This document shows, piece after piece, positions 1 through 11,154 of a DNA stretch of 54,660 bases; position 1 is the stretch's first letter; each line of letters opens with the position of its first letter. The notes under the pieces are model-generated. The model ran no database searches, had not been told where the DNA came from, and saw nothing but the letters and a program-made list of their open reading frames with translations. The DNA is from Intoshia linei (taxonomy: Eukaryota; Animalia; Orthonectida), in assembly GCA_001642005.1 (NCBI GenBank), contig LWCA01000104.1, forward strand, positions 1 to 54,660, written 5' to 3'. Both the position numbers and the translations under genes were made by a program.

Positions 1-54
1 TAAATATTAACCGACTTCGTTGCGATGTTTCGTTTCGATTCGATGCGTTAGACA

Positions 55-394
55 TATTATTGTTATTTTCGACTTCATATCTATGTGAAGTAGAATTTTC
101 AATCCTTGTTAATACCAAAAATAAAAAAAGAAAAAAATGTGTCAAAGAAGAAATGAAAATTTCTTTGTCTCATATTCGAACTGAAATTGATAAAATTGCC
201 AAAACTCATCAACCTAAAATTTAATTTCAAACATTTAATAAGTATAAGTTTAAATAGATTATGTTTAATTAAAATTTATATTAGTAATTGTTGCTCACTT
301 TAAGACAGTGCCAATCGGTCGGTCGAGAGAAGTTGAATATTTTTATTACAATTTTATTAGGGGGTCACAATGCTATAAAAATTGGGAACCACTG
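55..394 (+). mobile_element. 3' end of a decayed hAT (Charlie/Buster-type) DNA transposon
   Basis: Translation from about 60 gives LLFSTSYLCEVEFSILVNTKNKKR and then LSHIRTEIDKIAKTHQP, typical of the hAT C-terminal dimerisation domain (TxYLCExxFS). It is followed by TTGGGAACCACTG (382-394), the reverse complement of the CAGTGGTTCCCAA hAT terminus. Confidence 0.75.
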
Positions 395-449
395 CTTTAA
401 GAGATTAGTTCCCATTCCTGACTAGAATATTTATTATACTTACTTAAGG

Positions 450-3400
450 TAAAATAGTTTGCAGTAAAGTGATGATTGCAAAATATCAGAATATGCAAAT
501 CTATCGTTGAGTTGTGTTAAAAAATGTACATTTTTAAAAATTCCACACCATTATTAATAATAATTACAATAAATAAATACATATTATTTTATAGTTAACG
601 ATAAAAATGCAATTATAATTATGAATTTCTGTTTTGGTACATATAAACCCAAGTGTATATTTAATAAAAATGAATTATTGAAAATACACTATAATTTTAT
701 GCATGCATTGGATGAATCCACAATTGTAGATTGTAAAATATATGATGAAGATTTAAATATACTAGAAATTGAAATTAACGATGTAAAGAAAAGTATTGTT
801 AACACTAATCAACAATATTTTAAAGAGCATTATGCATATTTTATATTATGCCGCTATATAAAAGATGAAGAAATATTAATTAAAATTAATTAATTGAAAC
901 ATCTATAAAACCCAATTTTTCTTAAAAGAAACTTCTTTAGACACAGCTCCAGCTTTAATAAATATATACGACAAAATTAATAAATTGAAGGTGAATTTGA
1001 TTACAGGTTCAGTGAATGCTACATGTCAATGGAGTTGCGGTGATGAATGTTCAGAATCAATTGATAGCATTAATGACACTAATGAACCCGCTTGCAGTGA
1101 TATTAATTAAATATTTGAATTCTGTCAAAATATATTAAATCACAAGGTTGCGAATTATACTTAAATAGTTTTGATCAAGTTAATAATTTAAATAAACCTG
1201 CATATATTTTGGTATCTGTAATAGTTAATTGGCCATTGAACAATAATTTACCAAATTCTATATTATTTGGAAGAATTAAATCGATTTTAAATCCACCCAA
1301 AATTATAAAAACATTTATTTATCGACCAAGAAACAATCCAATAATTTCTGATTTGATTTAATTGTAGATGGTGAACTTAAAAAATAGTAATTTTGTCTTA
1401 TTAATATTTCATTTATTATACTTTAGTGGTAATGAAATTTTCATTACAGATACGTATTCATTAGATACAATTATTATTAAATTGATTACAACCGAGTAAT
1501 AGAAAGATAAATATTTTCTTTAGATGGACACTATACAATATCGCTTATAGTTTCAATCCTATGTTAACAAAACTAACTACAGAAACCAACGAAAGCGGAA
1601 TTTTTTATGATTGTAATCCATGCATATGTATTACATTTATTTTATTTAATAGATGGTAGACATGTGCAATATAAATATTATAATTTGTTAAAAAAAGTTT
1701 TTCCCATAATAAAAAATTGCAATATTAAATATTACAAGAAAAGCATTCATTTTACTTAAATTTATTTTGATTGTGACGAAATAATTGCAGACTATATGGA
1801 AATTCATTACAAAATAAATAATATTGATTTGAATCTTCCATATGAAGGTAAAGTTAAATAAAAAACTTATATAGTGGTAACTTAATGTGATTTTAGTTTA
1901 TAATCATTTTACTGTTCATTTATCTTTTAAGTTATTATTATACTATTATAACTAATTAGATGCATTGCCTATAATTATACCGATAATAAACCTTGAAAAT
2001 AAAAAAGTTTTCATTGAAATAGAGTTATGTCATACGTTCAAGCAAATTTGTACTTTAACGAAACATTCGGTAAACAGATAATTGTATTTACATATTATAT
2101 AAATATATACATATAAAATCTAAACGTTTTGTAGGTATTGGCAGATAAAACCGATCAGACGTTTATTTGGAATACCATATCACAGTGTTCAAAATCCATA
2201 TTAGACTCGAATTTACCACAAGAAATTCTATATGCAATTCTATCAACTTTTTTAGGTAATTTATATTGTGCGACATATTTATATATACAATAGATTTCGA
2301 AAAATTTGAACAAGATGAGGTGAAATAAATAAATTCTGTGTATATTAGTTATAGATCGAGACAATAAAAAGTTGCATTAAGTATGTTTAGATTTGAAATA
2401 TCTGAAAAGTTGAATAAAATGATTTTGAATAGGCACATAGTATTTCACATTTATAAAAAAAATATTTTAAATATTTAAACATTAAATTTTTATCAAAAAA
2501 ATGTGACAGAATCTGAAATAATGATAAGTTTATATAAAAAAGATTTTTTTAAATATTTTATAGATAATATAATAAACATAAATGAAACTGTTGTAATTTT
2601 TGTAAAAATATTAATGTTTACATATTTAAATTTTAGAGTTCTATTGATAAAGTTAAAAGTATTTACGCCATGTTAAATAATGTTGAAAATTTCACTAATC
2701 AAAAAATTGAAATTGAAACTAGATTAATATCAGCAAAAATTGAAACAATCGATTCAACTTTAAAAAATTACGGTAAATTTAATATTCATTTTAACTCGAT
2801 GAATAATTACAAGTATTATTATAATAGAAATTAATATAAAACTGAAAAATTCCAATGCAAAAGTATCATTAAATTTACCGAAACAAGAAAAATTCGAAAA
2901 GTTGACTGTATCGGTATAACTTTATGTTATAGAATTTAATTTTTTTAGTTAAAAATCATTAAATCTATAAGCAACTCCAACCCAATGTTTGAATTAAATG
3001 TTTACAGTAATTCTGTTGAAGTTACCGACAAATTAAAGGGGTTGAAAATAGTTTATTATCTTCCATTCTTGAAAAAACTACCCAAAATGCGACTATTTGC
3101 AACAATCAATGAAAAATCAACTTTTTATTTTAATCATGATATTCGAAATTATCTATTAGTTGAAATTGAGCCATTTTGTTTGAATACGCGTTCATTCGTC
3201 GCAATTTTATTCATTATATTTTAGTTTATCCAAAATATAGATTTAATGGACATTTTTCTCTTTCATTGGGACCAAAGCTAGAACCATTTCAAATTACAAA
3301 ATTCATCATCATCGATCATTAAAATATAACTGAAAAATTGAATCAATACGATATTGTACAATACAATACGATACATTTAAATTTATAATATCTCCGAATG

Positions 3401-3830
3401 ACATTAAAAAGTTTTTATTTTGAATTACAATAATTGTATAAATTAATTAGAATTTTTATTAATCAAGATGTGAATATAGTACAATTATCCGTATCTGTCA
3501 TGTTATATATTTACAATTTCAGAGGTAAGGTGTGGTAAAATTTTTTAATGGTTACATAGATTCTAAAATACCAAATACTATATGTTTTGACATATACATA
3601 ATGGGTATTTCCTGTAATTCATATGATTTGGATCGACAATCATTTCATCTTACAAGAAACAATAAAAATATTGTAAAGGTGATACGACACACTCAAATTT
3701 ACTATTATATTATTTACAGGTTGGACTAAACACTACAAAATCTTTGTTGGAGTGCGTTGTTTAATAAAATTATACTTATCTTGACATGTTTCTTATTCCA
3801 CAAATTCAGAACCTGTCAGCACAATTCGTT
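450..3830 (+). pseudogene. Degenerate multi-exon PKD1-like (polycystin-1-like REJ/GAIN-GPS ectodomain) locus
   Basis: A series of short GT-AG-bounded exons, including ORFs 621-893, 2985-3224 and 3532-3729. The 3' part splices to FDIYIMGISCNSYDLDRQSFHL...VK|VGLNTTKSLLECVV, resembling the PKD1L GPS motif (C-x-Y/W...VG-x-x-T...C). In-frame TAA occurs at 3320-3322 and 3762-3767. The family call rests on motif resemblance only. Confidence 0.4.
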
Positions 3831-4559
3831 TGACTCAACTGTTTAACTCATCTGTTATCTTAATGATTTAAGGTTCACTGATAAAATGTTTCTAAGTATC
3901 GTAAAATTCCCCAAATACCCACATTTAATGTACAGTGTTCGGAACTGTAGCGTATCTGTACGCTTTTTTTGGAAACAGAAAAAATAGGTTTAAACATCTA
4001 GTTTTCATTTGATTAAATAATTAATTAGCTTTTTAATTAATACAATTCAGTAAAAAATTTTATTTTATAAAAGAAAAATTAACGATTCAGAATTAAAGCA
4101 TTTTTCATTATTTTTTTTTCAAGGAACATGAAATATTGTCTCAACATTTAATTTTTTCGACACAAAATGTTTTCAAAAATACATGATACATACAAGTTAT
4201 TGTATTTGGTAATATTTAAATTATTCATAAAATATAGTATATGTCAGTGGTTCTTATATATTTTATAAACAAAAAATGATATATTGATTAATAATTTTCA
4301 ATGAGAAATAAGTAACTTTCTTTTGAACAATAGTTATATATGCCGTATCGAATGTGTAAAACTAAAAAGAAATTGCTCCAATCGCTGAACCATCTATTGA
4401 CAATTTTAAAGTAAATATAAATTGTGAAATTAGCACAATAGTAGGTAATTCAATTTACACTATTAAAAATAAAATAAATTACATTTCTATATTCTTCGAA
4501 ATTTGGATAACACTTGAAAAGACCTCCATCTACTCCAATATTAATCTCGTATTTATCGT

Positions 4560-4945
4560 TTTTTTGGCCAGGAAGTATGTTGGTTTTGGTGAAAATTGGA
4601 ATTCTGTCATATTCTCAGATGAAAAAAAGTTCAATTTGGACGGTCCTGATGGATTCCACTTTTATTGGCGTGATTTGAGAAGAGAGAAAGAATTTTACTG
4701 TACATAGCAAAGCGAAGGCAGATCTGTAATAGAGAATCGAAATTAGCAATTCTGATTGGAAATCAGAACTCTGAAGATTATATATTTACCTTATCTGAGA
4801 CTTCACTTCCATTTGCTCAGTCTCATTATCATACCGAGTATATTTTCAACAAGATAATGCTCCCATTCACACTTGTCGTAAGGTAAAAGCATGGTTTGAA
4901 GATAACTGTGTCAATGTAATGAAGTGGCCATCGAAGTCTCCTCAC
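4560..4945 (+). mobile_element. Tc1/mariner (Tc3-like) transposase fragment, inactivated
   Basis: [28 protein letters not shown] and YIFQQDNAPIHTCRKVKAWFEDNCVNVMKWPSKSP are hallmark Tc1/Tc3 DDE motifs. A stop and frameshifts lie between them. Confidence 0.85.
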
Positions 4946-5255
4946 ATAGTAGTTATAATAATTTTAATTTATTACAGATCCGTCGTGAAAAAAATGTGGG
5001 AACCCTCGTATACTATCGATTAGAAAATAAGTTATTTTTGAATCGCTCAAAATGGGCGACATCGGCCAGATTGATAATTCCTGATGTAAAAATAGAATTT
5101 TAATTTACTTTATTATAAATTAAACTTGTCTCTTTGACTCAAAAATTTTATTTAAAACTGCATAAATATAATCACCATAAATACTTAAGAAAATAAACTA
5201 ACATGTACAATATTGTTAGGCAACAACAATAATTCAGTATAAAAATTAGTATATT

Positions 5256-8200
5256 ATGGCTGATAATTTGGAAGTACATAGGACTAAAGCAATGGAGAAT
5301 GTCTGCTTTGAAGAAAAATTAGATTATATAAACAAAGAAAATGGAATACCTGTAGATGCAACATTAACACCAACTGAAATTAATTCAAGTTCAATAAAGG
5401 AATTAAATTTGAATTCAGGTTTTAAAATATTGCTAAATTAAAAATTTTCCATTAAGACCAATTAAATATGACTCAACCACCTCCTTCACTGTTTTCAGCA
5501 CCACCAATACAACTTCCAATATCGGTTCGTATGAATTTTCTTCAACCTCCACCAATGCTCCCAAATCGTATGCCAATGGATCCAAGATTTCCTATTTTTA
5601 ACCCTGCTATACCGGTAAAATACTTTAATCTCTGAAAATTAGTCAATTGTAATTGATTTCATCATTTAATTATTACATTTTAGCCGGTTGGGTTAATGCA
5701 AAAATTACCAAGTTTACCTAATCAGCAAATTCCGTTTGTGCCATTAAATCCAATGTTTCAACCGCCTAGGCCTATTTTAAATCATTGGAATCAAGGCGTT
5801 TGGGTTGAAAAGGAAACTCATGACAATAAAGTAATTTGTTTGATATTTTGTGTTTAAATTGGTTTTATTTTCAATGAAAAATGTGACTATGAAATATATT
5901 ACCTGGCACATTTAATACTTTATTATAGCGCAAAATTATTAAGTCTCATGGACACATTTACAAAATTGATATTACAATATTGTATTTTATATTATGATAA
6001 GAAATTGCCTGTAGTATTGTGGCGCCATTTTTTTTATTTTTTAATATCGTCATTGTTAATAATTGTTTTTGTATTTTAATTTGTACATTTCAAGGTTTTT
6101 AGAATTTATATTAAATTGTTAAATTATATTTTTTGCAATTTTTAATTATAATTAATTGGATGTTTCAACTTAATACTGCATTTAGGTATATTATTATCAC
6201 TCCGCTTCAAATGAAACTAGATGGGAGAAACCGGAAAATGAAAATATTGTGAGTTTTGCTGATTTTGTTGCGAATAAATGCGTGCCAGAAATGGTTCCAC
6301 CTCCAAATATTCAAGTAAATCAATTTTTTTATTCAGATATTCATTTAGTACCTGTATCTAGATTATTTTAATTTTTCTATTTTTGTATGACAGTAAAATT
6401 TATGATTTTTCAAGTTTTTGTTTAGGGTGAGCCTTTTGAATGGAAAGAATATTTTACAAGTACTGGTCAAAGCTACTATTTCAATTCAAGAACTAAGCAG
6501 TCTGTGTGGGAAAAACCGACCATTATGAATGATTGTAATTTCATTCCTTGACATTGTATTCTCCTTAACACATTTTAGATTCTCAATTTAATACTGGCAT
6601 TGAGGTTGAAGAAAATCCAAACGTTGAAACTGTAGAAGATTCAAATAAACCTAAACCTGTTGCCAGTTCTCCTATTCCTGGAACATCGTGGTATTTTTGT
6701 ATTTTCATTATATGATATTCTTTATGGAGTTTATCTTGAAATTTTTTAAATGGTAGGGAATACATGTTTCATTTTTTATTATATTTATAATAATGTTCCA
6801 GTTATAACTTGAGGCTATACCGTCATTTAATATATTGGTATTTTTATTTAGGTGCATAGTATGGACAAAAGATAATAGGTTCTTTTATTTTAACACGTTC
6901 AGAAAAGAAAGTTTTTGGAAAAGACCGGTGGATTTAATGTGTAGAAATGACGTAGACGAATTGGTTGAAAATCCACCTAAGGATATATTAGGTATATATG
7001 AAAAACTTAAAAAACTTATGGTTAATAGAAGAAAATTATTAGATATGCTTGCTAGCATAGTCTTGTACCGATTTTAGGAGCTGTTGACCATATTTATCCA
7101 CATTAATTTTAGAAACTGAGTATTTATTCCACGTTTTTTGAAATTTGCATGTACTGTGTCTGATGCTTGTTCAGATCAAAAGCCAAGAATGTCACATTTT
7201 TTATGTGAAAAGTACGGCATGTAATTTTGGTGTGATTCTTACGCTTAACATCAGGTAGCTCTTTCGTTAAATTTTCAATTTTTATTTTGTAATCTATTGC
7301 TAAGACAGTGCTAAAACAAGCTTGGACAACTAATTTGAAATCATTCAAAGCTTTTATAAATTCTACTTTTGGACAGTTGAATTCTGAAATCAATAGTTCA
7401 GTTTTTTCAAGCAATTTTTTAGAATTATTTCCATTGAAAATACCACCATGGTAGGCCTCTTGCTGTATATTGCACTTTTTACCTAATTATCAACTTCTAG
7501 CCAAACTTTTTTGAATTCTTTAAAAATAGTATTAACTATACCAATCAACAAATGCAATTCAGGTGGAGGAATTATATCAAGTATTTTTTATCATCTCCAT
7601 CTATTTAAATTTTTAGAGAAAAATATACATTTTTGAACTTTACTCAAAAACTACTAAGCATTTTTTTAATTTTTTTTAAAATACTCCTGAAACTGTGATA
7701 AATCAGAAAATATTGAAATTTTGGATCAGTAATTTTTTTAAACTATATCATTTCACTATCAATATGATAACAATTACAACCGATGTGATAATAACTAAAT
7801 TCAATGTGATAACATTTTGCAACACAACAAAATAAGCACAAGCAATGTGATAACAGCAATTATCAATGTGATTATTACTAAATTCAAAGTGATAATCAAA
7901 TTATTAAGGGTTTCTGGTATATTTTGATTTACAATTAAATTGTAATTAACGGTTTGTCGTGAAAAAAGTGTGTGAACCCCTGAACTATAATTTGAAACAT
8001 TACATAATGTCGCAACCACGTAAAAGGTTGACGTTGTGGTTCTATGTAGCGTACAGATGATATCACAAACGGCTTCTCAATGACAGAATTTATTTCATTG
8101 GATAGAAATATTTCAAAAAGCTTTTTTAACGTTTGAAGTAATGTACTATTAAGGTATCAGTGTGGTAATGTGACAGGCTACCATCATTAGCCGTCTAATA

Positions 8201-11113
8201 TTTCTTGTTTTACACAACCAAACGGCATTTCTGTTTATTGGTGTTAGAAGTAGTTTGTAGTCATGGAGGAACTGCTTCCCTAAAGAAATTGTTGAGAAAA
8301 AAAATTAATTTTTTTTAATTTTTTTTGATCCGCATTTCATTAATTAATTAATTTCCTCTTCAAAAGATTATAATTTAAACTGATTTTAATTATTTTTTAT
8401 AGATAAATTAAACGAAGCGAATTGTTCAACAGTATCAAAAGATAATAAAAAAAGACAAAAGAAAACGAAACTATTCAATAACAAAAAAAAGGAAAAAACC
8501 TCTGACCCAGCAGAAGAAGCTGAGCGAAAAGCTGCAATTGTACGTGAAAATACTCCTTTAGAACATCGGATGAAGGCATTTAGAGCCATGCTGGCTGAAA
8601 AAGAGGTTTTGTCGTGTAATGTATACGTTAAAGACTTTCTAGGTGTCTGCATTTTCTACGTGGGAAAAGGAATTACACAAAATAGTTTTTGATGAGCGAT
8701 ATCTTCTTTTAAATTGCAAGGATCGACGTCAAGTTTTTGATGCATTTGTGGCTGAAAGAGTTGAATTGGAACGATCTGAAAAGAAAAATCAAATCAAAAA
8801 AATAAAAAGTGATTTTGTCCAAATGCTAACCGAACACAATTTCAATTCAAAGTAAGAATTCATCAAAAGTATTCACTTTCACTCATGTTACACGTTGGCA
8901 CATACATTTTTATATTTTTAATTTACATAAGGCAGTGATTTTTAACCAGTGCGCCATGAATAGAATTCAGATGCGCCGCACAGAAATGTGACTTTATTTG
9001 ATAAATTTTGAAAAATTAGTGTCAAACTTTTACATTGACAATTCTTTTAACTTTTTGAGATTAACTATTAATTACTAATAACCTGAATTAAAAAGGTTAA
9101 GAAACACTGCACAAATGCATAATTTAAACAGGAATGTTGATTGATTCAAATATATTACATACTTATATTTTTATTGATAGATCTACATATAATGATTTGG
9201 TGCGAAAATGTGGCAAGGATTCTAGGTATAAAAGTGTTGAACGTTCCAAAGAGCGAGAAATTTTATATAATGAACATTTGGCTGCATTGAAAGAAAAGGA
9301 ACGGTTAAATACAACTACTTATAGAGAAAGAGTATATTTTTATTAATTTAAATTTTAAAAGATTTAATATGAAAATTATAACATTTTACCACTGGTTTAT
9401 CAGTTATAATTGATATTGTTTTGGCTGAAAATTTTAAACTTGCTTTATTTACCAATGATTATTGTCAATGTTTAAAATATATAGTTTAATTGTCAATTTT
9501 ACAGATTTATTGTGTCCATTTCAATTGAGAATTAATTAATTACAATGTTAATATTTTTTTTAGTTTTTGACTCATTATTTTACTTTTATCGAATTTAAAA
9601 AGTTAAAGACGGACATGTTTAAACTATATAATTGCAAATTGATAAAATTAAAGTAATATTTATATTTTTCATGTGACGAAATTGGGATTAGAAATTTTGG
9701 TTTTTTGAAGTTGATGATTGATTATTTTAATTTTTGTAATTTCAAATTTAGAGATTGTTGTTTATGGACCTTTTAAAAGAGCAGCATGTAACATCAAAAA
9801 GTGATTGGAACAAGGTAAAAAAAGATATTGAAAATGACGCTAGATACAACTCCATTGAATCCGGTACTCGCAAACAGAACTATTTTAACGATTATGTTGA
9901 AAATTTGAGGGTAAAAATTTTTAAAATTTAAACATTGAAATATAAATTAACAAACCGTAGAGTGAAAGCTCAATAAAAGCAAAAAGAGAAGCAGAGTCAA
10001 TTAAAAACAGGGAACGTGAGGTTGAAAGAATGTTGTCATCGTCTTTACGTGAAAGAAATAAAAAACGCGAACACCATAAACAAGAAGAAGCTGTTGAAGT
10101 TTTTGAAGCTTTACTAGTTGATTGTGTAACATGTATAACGTTCCAATCTATAATTTATTTGTAGATTCGAAAAACCAACATTTATTGGTCTGATGCTCGT
10201 AAAGCTTTGAAAAAAGATGAACGTAGATGGAAGCTTGTATCGCAATTGAGTGAGACTCTCAAGGAGCGAATATTTTCAGATCATATTGATAAAATCAACC
10301 AAAAGAATATTAAAGAATTTCATAAACTTATTTTTGAAAATTTAACAAATGTTTGTGTATTATTTTTAATATAAATGACATTTAGCTGACACTGAATGCT
10401 AAATGGAAAGAATTGAAAAAAATAATTAAAGATGATCCCAGATTCACAAAATTTTCAACTCACGATTCTGTGAGTATTTTTAATGTCAATTTATATTTTT
10501 TTATAGGAACGTGAAATTGCTTTTGAAAATTATATGAAATCTAGAGCTAAAGAAGCTAAAGAAGATTTACGTCAATTATTACGAGAAACTAAATCGCTGA
10601 CTTACAAGTATTTTAGACTCTTTAAAGGGCAATCTCGTCATTAACTAGTATTAAAATTTTGTCTCCTGTACCAAAATTAGGGGCTCACTTTTTAAAATCT
10701 TGCGAGTTTTACAAACGCTATTATTCAGGGTTTTTTACTTTTATTTTAAATACGAAACAAAAACACTTGAAAAATATAAAGGACAGACTTAGATATAATG
10801 TAAACGTCTCAAAGTGGATCTTTCATTATACTAATTATACATTTTATATTAGAACTTTATCAATTCTAAAAAAGGATGAATCATACTGGAAAAACATTGA
10901 AGATGTTTTGAAGGTATGTTAAAATATTTTTAACGTTCATAAAATTTCATAAATAGATTTATAGACTGTATTTAGAAAGACAATAGATATTTAGTGATGT
11001 CAGTTTCAGAATCTACAAGAAAAAAAATTATTACAAGTTATTTGGAAGACCTTCAAGAAAGAGGCAGCCCTCCTCCACCTACTGCAACAGATCCAATGAG
11101 ACGACGTGTATAA
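5256..11113 (+). CDS. TCERG1: Transcription elongation regulator 1 (CA150): Pro-rich N-terminus, 3 WW domains, FF repeats; multi-exon
   Basis: Spliced WW domains ([70 protein letters not shown]...WKRP), FF repeats ([32 protein letters not shown]) and the conserved C-terminus ERGSPPPPTATDPMRRRV* (TAA 11111-11113). Confidence 0.95.
7080..7600 (-). mobile_element. Decayed DDE transposase fragment (Transib/Chapaev-like C-terminal region) in a TCERG1 intron
   Basis: The minus strand reads IIPPPELHLLIGIVNTIF...YHGGIFNGNNSKKLL...VVQACFS...ITPKLHAV...SEQASDTVHANFKKTW, with stops and frameshifts. The LH-x3-G, TPKxH and SEQ motifs resemble RAG1/Transib/Chapaev-type transposases. Confidence 0.55.
8933..9109. 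mobile_element. hAT-type MITE in a TCERG1 intron
   Basis: Imperfect TIRs CAGTGATTTTTAACC ... GGTTAAGAAACACTG. No TSD is recognisable. Confidence 0.6.
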
Positions 11114-11154
11114 AGAATTATTTAATTTATTGTGTAGTTATACATTTTTAAAAA

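Noticed and set aside
8386-8652. Minus-strand 88-aa ORF and similar shadow ORFs (11106, 11162, 12766, 22754, 27288, 30861, 31380, 32472, 52617, 52962)
   Set aside because: These are antisense frames of real exons or of the Gypsy integrase, with no independent coding evidence.
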